This document shows positions 39,898 to 50,300 of a DNA stretch of 64,000 bases, one piece after another (the stretch's first letter is position 1; each line of letters opens with the position of its first letter). The position numbers were made by a program, and so were the translations under genes. The notes beneath the pieces were generated by a model. That model did no database searches. It was not told the origin of the DNA and was given only the letters and a program-made list of their open reading frames with translations. Origin of the DNA: Candidatus Oxydemutatoraceae bacterium (GTDB lineage: Bacteria > Pseudomonadota > Gammaproteobacteria > Poriferisulfidales > Oxydemutatoraceae); the NCBI GenBank assembly GCA_965219575.1, contig OZ244779.1, positions 460,769 to 524,768 on the forward strand. The letters are read 5' to 3'.

Positions 39898-41868
39898 ATG
39901 ATGGGAAAACGATTTGATACAGAACTAGAACAACTAGAGCATACATATAAATGGGCTATAGGTGTTGATGTATCAAAAATATCTTGCCTAATCAGAAACT
40001 CTTGTGGTCTTCCTCTGCTATCCGTTGGATCAGGAGGTTCTTTATCAGCTGCAGAGTTTCAAGCCCTTCTTCATAGAACTCTATTTTCGTCCATTGGGCA
40101 GGCTGTAACACCCGTTGAATTAATCTCAATGCTTCCGAGAAATAGGGAAGTTGCAGTTTGGTTTATGTCGGCTAACGGTGACAATATCGATATTTCCCGA
40201 GCCTTTAAGCACACGGCCTTGCATGAAATGAAGTTTGTCAGTGCATTGGTTTGCCGAAAAGAGAGCAAGCTACATAAGCTATCAACAGAATATGAATATA
40301 CAAAGTGTTTTCAATTTCCTATCCCTTCCGGGAAAGACGGTTTTCTTGCAACTAATTCGCTTCTTGTTTTCCTAGTTATCCTCTATAGAGCGTACGGTGA
40401 GGTAATTAAAGAAGTAAATAAGACAGTAGGTTTATCTAAAACACTAAACGCATTAATCAGAAAGTGCCTAGCAAATTTTAGTGGTCTTAAGGACATCAAA
40501 AAAAACGCAGCACCGCTATGTAATAAAAAATCCATACATGTTTTATACAGCCTTGACCTAAAACCTGCCGCATTGGATATTGAATCAAAATTTACGGAGG
40601 CGGGACTCATCTCTTCCCACTTGGCGGATATCAGAAATTTTGCCCACGGCAGACATAATTGGTTCTCAAAGTATGAGGCAGACAGTGGCGTTATTGCCTT
40701 ATCAACCAATAATGATTATAAAGTGATAGAAAAAACGCTTGCCTTATTACCGAATACAATTCCTAAGACTCATATTTCTTTTAATTACTTGGGTGGTGTT
40801 GAAGTAATTGTGGGAATAGTATTATCAATGCACTTGACAAATTGGCTTGGGAAAGAAAGAGGCATTGATCCGGGACGGCCTGGGATTGCGTCCTTTGGTT
40901 CAAAAATATATAGACTGGCAGCTAATCCAGGGTTTGTTACCTCAGTAAAGAAAAAGGAAGCAGCTATAGAAAGAAAAAGAAAATTAGCCCCTCTAAATTA
41001 TGGTAATAGGAGCGAGCAACTATGGGTTGATGCGCATAATAAATTTACCCGAAAGCTTGCAGCAGCGAATATAGGCGGGGTTGTTTTAGATTATGACGGA
41101 ACGGTTGTGGATAGCGATAAACGTTGGGATCCGCCGGGCGCAAGAATGATAAGTGAACTGATAAGATTGTTAGAAGAGAACATGGTTATAGGTTTTGCAA
41201 CAGGTAGAGGAGACTCAATAAGGGATGATTTGCAACAAGTTATTCCAAAGAAGCTTTGGGGTAAGATATTGATAGGTTACTATAATGGTGCTGAATTAAA
41301 ACACTTGTTAGAAAATACAGACTTGAGAACTGCCTCTGACCCTATACCGGAACTAAAGTTACTATCTACTAAATTAAAAAAGAATATTTTTTTACATTCA
41401 GTTGCTGACTTTAAGCAAAAAGAATATCAACTAACCGTAAAATCGAAAGAAAACAAACCTCTTTCGGAGACATTTTTATGGGACTTGGTTCAAGATGAAT
41501 TTCATCAATATCTGGAGCATAAAGGAGACGAGCTTTCTGAGTTTTCTGGGCATAGAGCAAAAATTCTTCGCTCCAGTCATTCAGTAGATATAATTGCAGG
41601 GGATGTATCTAAACTATCTGTAGTAAAAGCAATCAGACAAAATATACAGGAAAATTCTGAGATCTTGAATATTGGAGATAGAGGGAGATGGCCTGGCAAT
41701 GATGCCGAACTTCTCAAAGAAACTCTGTCTTTAAGTGTTGATGAGGTTTCGTATTCTTCAGAGACTTGTTGGAATCTGTGTCCAGCCGGTATCCGAGGCG
41801 CACAAGGCACCCTTTATTATCTTAGCCGATTGAAAAGAAAAAATGGAACCATGAGGTTTTTTCCGTAG
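39898..41868 (+). CDS. Tandem SIS (sugar isomerase) domains fused to a HAD-family (IIB-like) phosphatase
   Basis: VGSGGS, SANGDN, ESKFTEAG, RNFAHGRH (SIS); LDYDGT, ATGRG, SK, IGDRG..GND (HAD motifs I-IV). Confidence 0.75.
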   Translation: MMGKRFDTELEQLEHTYKWAIGVDVSKISCLIRNSCGLPLLSVGSGGSLSAAEFQALLHRTLFSSIGQAVTPVELISMLPRNREVAVWFMSANGDNIDISRAFKHTALHEMKFVSALVCRKESKLHKLSTEYEYTKCFQFPIPSGKDGFLATNSLLVFLVILYRAYGEVIKEVNKTVGLSKTLNALIRKCLANFSGLKDIKKNAAPLCNKKSIHVLYSLDLKPAALDIESKFTEAGLISSHLADIRNFAHGRHNWFSKYEADSGVIALSTNNDYKVIEKTLALLPNTIPKTHISFNYLGGVEVIVGIVLSMHLTNWLGKERGIDPGRPGIASFGSKIYRLAANPGFVTSVKKKEAAIERKRKLAPLNYGNRSEQLWVDAHNKFTRKLAAANIGGVVLDYDGTVVDSDKRWDPPGARMISELIRLLEENMVIGFATGRGDSIRDDLQQVIPKKLWGKILIGYYNGAELKHLLENTDLRTASDPIPELKLLSTKLKKNIFLHSVADFKQKEYQLTVKSKENKPLSETFLWDLVQDEFHQYLEHKGDELSEFSGHRAKILRSSHSVDIIAGDVSKLSVVKAIRQNIQENSEILNIGDRGRWPGNDAELLKETLSLSVDEVSYSSETCWNLCPAGIRGAQGTLYYLSRLKRKNGTMRFFP

Positions 41869-41875
41869 AGAGAAG

Positions 41876-43006
41876 ATGAATAGAGAACTCGGTTTTGAAA
41901 ATTTAGAGAAGATTATGGGATGGGATGATGAAGATGCCCAGAAAGAATCCGATTGGCTTCGTTTTATGTCTAAATATAAGTACGATGATTATAGGGGATA
42001 TCTTGTTGGTGCAAGGTTTATTGAAAGTCTAGTTATCTGGCTTCAGCAATTTGAATCTAAGGATCAAAAAGCGGCTTATGAATATATAAAAGAAAACTTA
42101 ATTTATATCGGTCCTGCTGAAATACAACGACTTATTGGGAAATTTTTTTATGAAGAAGTGCAAAAAAATCTGAGAGAAAAAGTTGCCAAAACTCTGGGTG
42201 TTCCAGAGTATATGGTTTGGTCTTCAGAGAGAAGCGTGGATGAGTTTAAATCTGAAATTCGGAGAACATTGTTTATGGGGTTGAGTGATGGCGCACGTTT
42301 GGACTCCTTCAGAAGAGCTAATGCAGACATATCGAATGAGCAAGTTGTAATAACTACAGAGATTAATAATATCAAATGGGAGGACTTGCTTAAAGAGCTT
42401 GCCGATGACTCTAAAGATAAAGGTAAAGACAAGGAAAAACAAAAATTTGAGAGGGTTTATTTAATTGATGACTTTACTGCTTCTGGAACTAGTCTGATAA
42501 GGGAAGAAAAAAAAGAACTTAAAGGAAAATTAAAAAAGTTTGCCGATGCTCTAAAGCAAGCCCAAGAAAATTTAACAGAGCGTCTTTTTGTAAATAGATT
42601 TCAAATAATAGTCCACCATTATATTGGCACTTATCAAGCGAAGGAAAAAATTGAACAACTATATAATGAACCTTGGATTAAAAAAGAATTGGATATACCC
42701 GATATTCGATTTTCGTTTGGTATGCTTCTTCCTAAAGATATAAGGCTTATCCGCTCTTCCGAAGAGAAATTCGCAGATTTATGTAAAAAATATTACGATC
42801 ATTCTATATACGATGAGCACTTTAGAAAAAGTGGAGCTCCAGACGGAAAATTTGGATATGCTGAATGTGGCATCCCTCTAATCCTATATCACAATACACC
42901 CAATAATTCTCTTTCATTATTGTGGGCAGAAACTAAGGGGGATGAAGGGCATACTATGAAGCCCTTATTTAAAAGAGGACAACGTCATAAGGAATGGTCG
43001 GGATAA
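41876..43006 (+). CDS. Phosphoribosyltransferase-like protein (PRTase-CE-like)
   Basis: PRPP-loop LIDDFTASGTS; GLSDGAR; FGY..C..PL..YHNTPNNS. Confidence 0.7.
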   Translation: MNRELGFENLEKIMGWDDEDAQKESDWLRFMSKYKYDDYRGYLVGARFIESLVIWLQQFESKDQKAAYEYIKENLIYIGPAEIQRLIGKFFYEEVQKNLREKVAKTLGVPEYMVWSSERSVDEFKSEIRRTLFMGLSDGARLDSFRRANADISNEQVVITTEINNIKWEDLLKELADDSKDKGKDKEKQKFERVYLIDDFTASGTSLIREEKKELKGKLKKFADALKQAQENLTERLFVNRFQIIVHHYIGTYQAKEKIEQLYNEPWIKKELDIPDIRFSFGMLLPKDIRLIRSSEEKFADLCKKYYDHSIYDEHFRKSGAPDGKFGYAECGIPLILYHNTPNNSLSLLWAETKGDEGHTMKPLFKRGQRHKEWSG

Positions 43007-43010
43007 AATT

Positions 43011-44942
43011 ATGATTAATCCCTTCAAGAAAAGAGCCACTGAGTATTTGCGTGATGATGTGGCATTTTTGTCTGTCATTGCTCCGGAACCGTTGCATACA
43101 TTTTTTGAAAAGTATGCTAAAGAAGGGAAACTATATGACCGTCTTAGTATGATTGTTGGAACACCAGGAAGTGGCAAAACGATAATCTCACATCTACTAC
43201 AATATCAAACTGTTCAAACACTATTAGCAAATCCTCTTGCTGATCAATATAAACGATTAATTTATGCTCTCAGAGAATGTGGAATAATTGAAGTTTCAGA
43301 AAATACATTTTCTAGTACATTCGTTGGTTGTCGAATCCCGATGGAATCTGAATATAGAGACTTTTGGGAATTGCCCTATGACGACAATATCAAAATGGGA
43401 TTGCTCAAGTCCTTTTTACAGGCGCGCGCCATGCTTTCATGGTTAAAAAACATTGACATTGATCCTAATGTTGATCTTTTATCAGTAAAAATTCAGTTGC
43501 GTGAAGGTGCCGGTGTTGCCCAAAACAGTCTAGGGGGAAATGATGGCAAAAGCCTATTTGAAAAGGCTAGGGACATTGAGTCCTCTATATACGAAATAGA
43601 AACCGCTTTGGTGCCGCCCTCGGAAGAGAAATTGAGTAGTAACATTGCATCAGGATCTTATCGTCCTTTTGACGCAATAGAGTGTTTTGTTGTCAATAAA
43701 ACGGATGGTCCTGCTTCGCTAAGACCTATGGTAATGCTTGATGATATTCATACCTTACATCCTAAACAATTATCAAATTTAGTTAATTGGTTAGCAAAAA
43801 GAGAGATGAAAATTGCTAGATGGATATTTATGCGACTGGATACAATAACACCTAAATCTATCTTTTTAGGGGAACTACATACAAACTATGATGTTGAATA
43901 TGAATCACCCATCAAGCAGAGCAGAGAAATCACTTATATTTGGTTGCAAGATCTAGAAAATAGAAAAGAAGCACGATCCGAATTTCAAAAAATGGCACAA
44001 ACTATGGCAAATAAATATCTACAACGCATGCCAATATTTGACCGCCAAGGGTTAACGGATTTTTCCGGTCTTCTTAACAAAAAAGTTGAGCCTATTAGCG
44101 ACCCTAAAATGAACAAACTGAAAAATAGGGTTGAAAAATTTGTCTCTAAAATAAATATCCATGAACAAATTTATCAAAAATTTGAAAAGGATATTGAATC
44201 GTATTTTTTAGGTGCAAAAACTATTGATAACTCAAAGGACGTAAAGTTGGCAATGCTTTACATTATGCTGAATAGATACCTAAAAAGAGTGCCTCAAAGG
44301 AGCTTATTTGATCAACCAGAATTCAAGCCGATTAAACCTAGTTCTGGTTTAGTAGATGGTGCAAAGATATTTCTTATGCATGAGTATGATCGCCCATACT
44401 ATTATGGGGTAGATACTGTTTGTCGTGGGAGTTCCGAAAATGCAGAGCAGTTTCTGCAATTATCTAGCCGGCTTGTGGACAAGATGGAAACAAGGATAAT
44501 TAGATCTAAGCCCGCGAACTTGTCCCCAGATTATCAGCATAAATTACTTAAAGAGCGCGCAGAAGAGATAGTTAAAGAATGGGATTTTCCAAGGAGCCGT
44601 GAAGTTAAAAAGTTATGTAAACTTATGGCTAAAGAATGTTTGGAAAAGAGCCGCGAACCCAACGCTCCTTTGAATGGAGGGGCAAATGCTATTGGTATTC
44701 CACGGGATGAGTTTGAAAAAATACTATCGGAATCGCAATATTCAGAGTTGAGAGAAATTTTAAAGTTTGGAATGGCATATAATGCAATTACTATGAAGCC
44801 CAGGCACTCTACCAAAAATAAATTATGGACTCTAATAGAACTGTCTGGGCCGATGATTATTTTTTCTGGTCTGACATTATTTAGAGGTGGGTTTTTAGAG
44901 AGAACTGTAAACGATTTATTAAGCTGGCTTAAAGAAGAGTAA
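43011..44942 (+). CDS. P-loop NTPase, ORC/CDC6- or STAND-like
   Basis: N-terminal NPF, Walker A GTPGSGKT, Walker B VMLDDIH, C-terminal helical region (YYYG..SSEN). Confidence 0.72.
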   Translation: MINPFKKRATEYLRDDVAFLSVIAPEPLHTFFEKYAKEGKLYDRLSMIVGTPGSGKTIISHLLQYQTVQTLLANPLADQYKRLIYALRECGIIEVSENTFSSTFVGCRIPMESEYRDFWELPYDDNIKMGLLKSFLQARAMLSWLKNIDIDPNVDLLSVKIQLREGAGVAQNSLGGNDGKSLFEKARDIESSIYEIETALVPPSEEKLSSNIASGSYRPFDAIECFVVNKTDGPASLRPMVMLDDIHTLHPKQLSNLVNWLAKREMKIARWIFMRLDTITPKSIFLGELHTNYDVEYESPIKQSREITYIWLQDLENRKEARSEFQKMAQTMANKYLQRMPIFDRQGLTDFSGLLNKKVEPISDPKMNKLKNRVEKFVSKINIHEQIYQKFEKDIESYFLGAKTIDNSKDVKLAMLYIMLNRYLKRVPQRSLFDQPEFKPIKPSSGLVDGAKIFLMHEYDRPYYYGVDTVCRGSSENAEQFLQLSSRLVDKMETRIIRSKPANLSPDYQHKLLKERAEEIVKEWDFPRSREVKKLCKLMAKECLEKSREPNAPLNGGANAIGIPRDEFEKILSESQYSELREILKFGMAYNAITMKPRHSTKNKLWTLIELSGPMIIFSGLTLFRGGFLERTVNDLLSWLKEE

Positions 44943-44944
44943 AC

Positions 44945-46087
44945 ATGACTGTCTCCTCTGGAGGGAATGGAAATAGATGGGAATTATGTATCGACCACTA
45001 CGACGATGCAGTGTCCGAATTTTTTGAGCAACACTTTTCGGAAGAACATAGGGAGTGCCTTTTCATTGGAAGCGTAGGATTTGATCCTAGAAGTAACATC
45101 ATAGTTAAAGAATTATGCTCTATTATGGAAGAGCGTTTACATATTATCTTACTGGAAGAGATACGTTCTAGCTCCGATTTAGAGTTAGTAAAAAGAACAA
45201 AGGGAAATATAGCCGAAGCTAAAAACCTATCTTCCCAAACCAAAGTTTTAGAAATAAATATATTTTCAGAACATGATGGGGCTGTAGTTGGAGGTATCGG
45301 TATTCTCAATCGCATAAAAGAAATAGATATTACTAACTATGCTGATATTGTTATTGATATGAGTGTATTTTCTGTTGGTGTCAGCTTCCCTCTCGTTAAA
45401 TATATTTATGAATGGGCAAATAACGCTAAAAAGCCCGTTAATGTTCATTTGACATTTACTTCTAATAACGAACTAGATTCTTACATATCTGAATCTTCGA
45501 CTTTAACTGATTATGCAACCAATGTTAGAGGATTCCCAACCCCCAATTTGTTGGGGGCAGGAGAAAAAGCGAAACTTTGGCTTCCTCTAATGTCTACCGA
45601 TAAAGAGAGGATTTTGAGTAAAATTTATGATAGAACAAAACCGCATGATATCTTTCCTATTTTTCCATTTCCATCAGAAGATCCTAGAGAAGGAGACAAA
45701 CTTGCCGCTATTTATTATAGGGAAGAGTTAGGAAGCCTTTGGGAAGTTGACCCACAAGATTTTATATATACAGACGAAGAAAGACCTCTGGATATTTACC
45801 GAACTATTATGAGAATTAATGAAGACCGTGAACTGGTATTTAAGACATTTGGCGGATCAATGCTAATTTTATCTCCTCTAGGTAGTAGAATGCCAGCTAT
45901 TGGTATGTTGATGGCTGCACTAGAAGGCGGGTTTCCTGTCGTGTATGTTGAGACATTAAATTATCATGTCGAGGATTGGGGAAAAGTTGATGAAACATCA
46001 CAGGAGGAGAATATGGAAATTGCCCATTTTTGGCTTTACGGGGAAGCCTATTATAATGACAAAAAGAAATTTGAATCCTTGAAATAA
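44945..46087 (+). CDS. Hypothetical protein, possibly tandem Rossmann (CARF-like) domains
   Basis: GFDPRS, IVIDMS, ILSPLGSRMPAIG, VVYVE; fold assignment is inference only. Confidence 0.55.
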   Translation: MTVSSGGNGNRWELCIDHYDDAVSEFFEQHFSEEHRECLFIGSVGFDPRSNIIVKELCSIMEERLHIILLEEIRSSSDLELVKRTKGNIAEAKNLSSQTKVLEINIFSEHDGAVVGGIGILNRIKEIDITNYADIVIDMSVFSVGVSFPLVKYIYEWANNAKKPVNVHLTFTSNNELDSYISESSTLTDYATNVRGFPTPNLLGAGEKAKLWLPLMSTDKERILSKIYDRTKPHDIFPIFPFPSEDPREGDKLAAIYYREELGSLWEVDPQDFIYTDEERPLDIYRTIMRINEDRELVFKTFGGSMLILSPLGSRMPAIGMLMAALEGGFPVVYVETLNYHVEDWGKVDETSQEENMEIAHFWLYGEAYYNDKKKFESLK

Positions 46088-46098
46088 ACAAGTGGATT

Positions 46099-47148
46099 AT
46101 GAATAGATACCTACCAAGCGTTTATGGCACAGGCTTAGTTTCGCTAGACATTATTATAAGTATGCGCCCCGAAGAGCATTATCACTGGTCTGGTGGTACA
46201 TGTGGCAATGTTCTGACCATATTAAGTTATTTAGGATGGGAATCTTTTCCTATCGCTCGGTTAAATTCCGATGCTGCCTCAGTTCGTGTGAGAGCAGATA
46301 TGGAACGCTGGAATGTTCGCTTAGATTATGCCGAGCAATCACCTACGACCAGTACTCCGATTATTGTCCAAGAGAATTCGATCAATAGGCAGGGGCTATC
46401 CGTTCACAAATTTCACTGCAGACAGTGTCCTAGATGCGGCGCAGGGCTTCCAAATCACAAGGCAGTTACTCTTTCGGCTACTGAGCGGATAAAAGATGAT
46501 GTCTCGCAAGGAACCCTTTTCTTTTTTGATAGAACCTCTCCCGGTGCCATTAATCTTGCAAAACACTTCAAACGTATTGGGGCAATTATATTTTTTGAAC
46601 CATCTGCCAAGTCGGACTTAAGACAGTTAAAGCAGGCTCTAATGCTTGCAGACATCGTTAAATATTCGGATAAAAGATATCTTGAGCCAATGTCGGATAT
46701 CAAAGGTGCCACTTCTGCTTTCCTTGAGATTCATACTCTGGGGAGTGAGGGTTTGCGATATAGAACCCATGCCTCAAGCAGACTTAGTAGAAGATGGAAG
46801 AGATTACGGACTTTTCAGGCACGGCAATTCAAAGATAGCTGTGGTTGTGGTGATTGGACAAGTGCTGGTTTAATATCAAAGCTTTGTAATAGAAAAGCAG
46901 CACGCTTGAGAGGGGTATCAGAAAATTCCGTTATTACCGCACTAAATTATGGACAGGCTTTAGCGGTGTGGAACTGTGATTTTGAAGGTGCTAGGGGAGG
47001 AATGTATCAAGTAAAAAAACTTACATTTAAGAAACATATTCAACAAATACTTAAAGCTGGTGTTCTAAAAAGAGGAAATCGTACAAAAACACTAGAAAGC
47101 GAAATTTTTGATAGTGAAAGTTGTTGCTGCTACAGCTTAAGTGCATAA
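46099..47148 (+). CDS. PfkB/ribokinase-family carbohydrate kinase
   Basis: GTGLVSLD, GGTCGNV, IVKYS, TLGSEG, DSCGCGD anion-hole motif; CxxCxxC insertion. Confidence 0.82.
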   Translation: MNRYLPSVYGTGLVSLDIIISMRPEEHYHWSGGTCGNVLTILSYLGWESFPIARLNSDAASVRVRADMERWNVRLDYAEQSPTTSTPIIVQENSINRQGLSVHKFHCRQCPRCGAGLPNHKAVTLSATERIKDDVSQGTLFFFDRTSPGAINLAKHFKRIGAIIFFEPSAKSDLRQLKQALMLADIVKYSDKRYLEPMSDIKGATSAFLEIHTLGSEGLRYRTHASSRLSRRWKRLRTFQARQFKDSCGCGDWTSAGLISKLCNRKAARLRGVSENSVITALNYGQALAVWNCDFEGARGGMYQVKKLTFKKHIQQILKAGVLKRGNRTKTLESEIFDSESCCCYSLSA

Positions 47149-47171
47149 GCCTTTTGATTGGCGGGAGTAGA

Positions 47172-47276
47172 AAACATTCTCCCCAAATTTAGTACTAATA
47201 CTAAAGTTAGATTCCCCGATTAACTGGCAGCATAAAAACTAACTTTTTAGACGGACCTAAAAATGGGGTAACGTCA
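47172..47276 (+). mobile_element. ~105-bp MITE made of fused IS3 left and right ends
   Basis: ACATTCTCCCCAAATTTAGTACTAATACTAAAGTTAG (left end) joined to AAAACTAACTTT...AAAAATGGGGTAACGTCA (right end). Confidence 0.8.
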
Positions 47277-47376
47277 TTCCGAGCGGTAATTTCTCAACAG
47301 CCACCCTCGGCAACTGCCCCATGCAAAGGCTTTACATTTATAATATGTGTTAGGGTTTTGCACGGGATAGCGTCGA

Positions 47377-50300
47377 TTGAATATTTTGGTTTTGAGGATT
47401 TTAGCGAAAGTTCTAGCGATATTCTTTTTGGGGGCAGGCATGCAGTCGGTTACCGCACAATCACAGGAAATGGGCGATCCGCTATACGATCGGCAATGGC
47501 ATCTTGAAAATACCGGGAGAAATACCAGCCAAGGCATTCCCGGCGAGGATATCAATGTAGAACCAGTTTGGAATACAACGCTTACGAATGGGGTAAAAAT
47601 AAGAGGGCAAGGTACATACATTGCCATAGTAGACGGAGATTTACCCATTGCAAGGCAATCTACTATAACCGAGCTGTTGGCTCACCCGGATCTAATAGAA
47701 AATATATCAACTCGGCACAGCGTTGATTATTATCCTTCGGTGATCGATGACGATAGTCATGCTACCGCCGTAGCGGGTATTGCTGCGGGGCGTGGTTATA
47801 ACGCAATAGGTGTTAGGGGTGTGGCACCTTGGGCAAAAGTTTATAGCTTGAATATTTTAGGATTACCTAACGGTAATAGGAGTATTTCGAGAATTATTGA
47901 GAGGTCGGTTGGCTTAGATGCAATGGTTCGCCACACCACAATAACCTCGGTTTCCAATAACAGTTGGGGGAGTCTGGATCCCTTTAGACCGTCCGGTGAC
48001 GCTCTTGTCGCATGGGAAATGGCAATAGAAACCGGCATTAGGAATGGGTTCCATGGCAAAGGAACAGTCTACACTTGGGCCGGCGGAAACGGGAGTTGTA
48101 TTAGCAGAAGAATAGCGTCTAACCGCTATGAACAAGTTTGTAACATAGACACTTCAAATTATGACGGCAGGGCAAAGTATCATGCAGTCGTTGCCGTATG
48201 TTCGGTGGATAATCAAGGAAGACATCTTGCGTTCTCGGAACTTGGTGCCAATTTATGGGTTTGCGCCCCATCGCGAGGGATTACTACAACTTCTAGAGGT
48301 AGGAGGGTCATTATTAGAGATAGGACTATTATTTCAACCTATAGGCATGACTTATACACGACATCGTTCGGCGGAACCTCTGCTTCAACTCCAATGGTCA
48401 GCGGTGTGGTGGCATTGATACGACAAGTCAACCCGAGTCTTAGCTGGCGCGATGTAAAATTAATTCTGGCTAATTCCGCAAGGCAAAACGACCCCGAGGA
48501 CGATGACTGGGCACAAGGTGCCGTAAAGTATGGTTTATCCGGCGATGAGGACGAGGCGCGATATCACTTTAACCACAAATATGGATTCGGTGTTGTCGAT
48601 GCACAAAAGGCGGTTGAACTGGCGCAAGGGTGGATCAATCTCCCTCCCGTAGCAACAACATATACCGAAGTAATCAACCGCAATATAGACCTTAGGCTAA
48701 GTGCCGATAATCTCGTTATTAATAGCAGTATATCCGTGCAGTCCGATATCAATTTTATCGAGCATGTGCAGGTTCCTATCGGATTAACACACCCTCTAAT
48801 CCAAGATTTAAGCGTTGAATTGACCTCACCTTCGGGTGTTACTTCAGACCTAATAATACCATCCACTTATCCCATCAGTAGTACTAGTTCATACGCAATC
48901 GGTGTTAGCGGCTTTTGGCGTTTCGGTTCAAGCGCGCATTTAGGCGAAGATCCGTCGGGGGTTTGGAGGTTAAGATTTGAAAGCACTAGGCCTACAACCG
49001 GCACTTTGATTACATGGGGAGTTAGAATACGCGGCTATCAAATAAAAATGGATGCTACCTCCGCCGTCGGGTTATCAGGCAAAAATGTAGTCGAAACTCC
49101 GCTGCCCTTGTCTTTGATCGGTGCAAGTTGGGAAGAAGATTTGCAGCCCGAAGATTTTAGGCTGAAAAATGCGCCGACAGGATTGCGCATTGCAAGTGTA
49201 AGTCGTACTTCCGATACACAGGTTGCGCTGAATCTTGCGTTGGATGGGAGGCTTGCGAGGGACTACCTCTTTCAAGTCGAAGCAACGACAAGTACGGTTC
49301 CAAACATCAGAAACTCACTTATTAGCGACGACATATCAATCGTATTGGAAGTGCCCGAAGCACCGCTGCTAGAAATTACTGCTCAACCGGAGCAAGCGAT
49401 AGAAGCGGGAAATAGCGCAGAGGTAGAAGTCTCGGTGGCAGATAATAATTTTGATGTCGGCGATCGTGTCACATTGACGGCGGAGTCATCGAGCCGAACG
49501 ATTGTGTCGGTGACGACATCGGCGAAAACCGATGAGATAACGACTAATACGAGCATTACCTTCATGCTGACCGCTGTGCAAGGTGGAGAAGCGATGGTTA
49601 CATTTACCGCAACCGATAGTAGAGGATTGAGCGTTAGCAAGACGATATTGGTACGTGTTGATGCAATGCCGACCGGTCGTGTCGGCATAACACCGGACAG
49701 CGATGATAGATGGTTGCTACATGGGACTTCAACGATAATGGATGCAAACGGCATCGCCGAGAAAAATTATCGGTGGTATAGAAACGATCGAATAATAAGT
49801 GGAGCAACCGGTGATAGCTATGAGATACCGGACAATAGAAATGGACGAGCCACAGGAACACGCTATAGATTAGAAGTATCGGTTGTGGACAATATAGGAC
49901 AATCGGTGACCACTCAATCCAATACGATCACGGTCGCAAACGAAGCACCCGTTATTGATGGACAGATTACTGCTTTGCCGTCTCCGGTGGAGGAAGGTCG
50001 GGAAACAGTAATCACTGTTCCCGCCGGAGATGCAAACTACGATAGCTTGACTTATAGCTGGAGTGCGACCGGTGAGCATAGCGGAATAAATATATCCGGA
50101 AACCCGGCAACATTGATCATTCCGCCCGACTTTGTAGATGCTGCATCCACCGAGACAACGGCGAACTTGGAAGTAGTGGTGGATGACGGATCTGCCGCCA
50201 CGACAGGAATGGTGTCGGTGGTGGTACACAAGATAAATAATGGTTCTTTGACTTTAAGAATTTCCATAGCGGTAGGAAGTCGTGCGACAACATTAACGGC

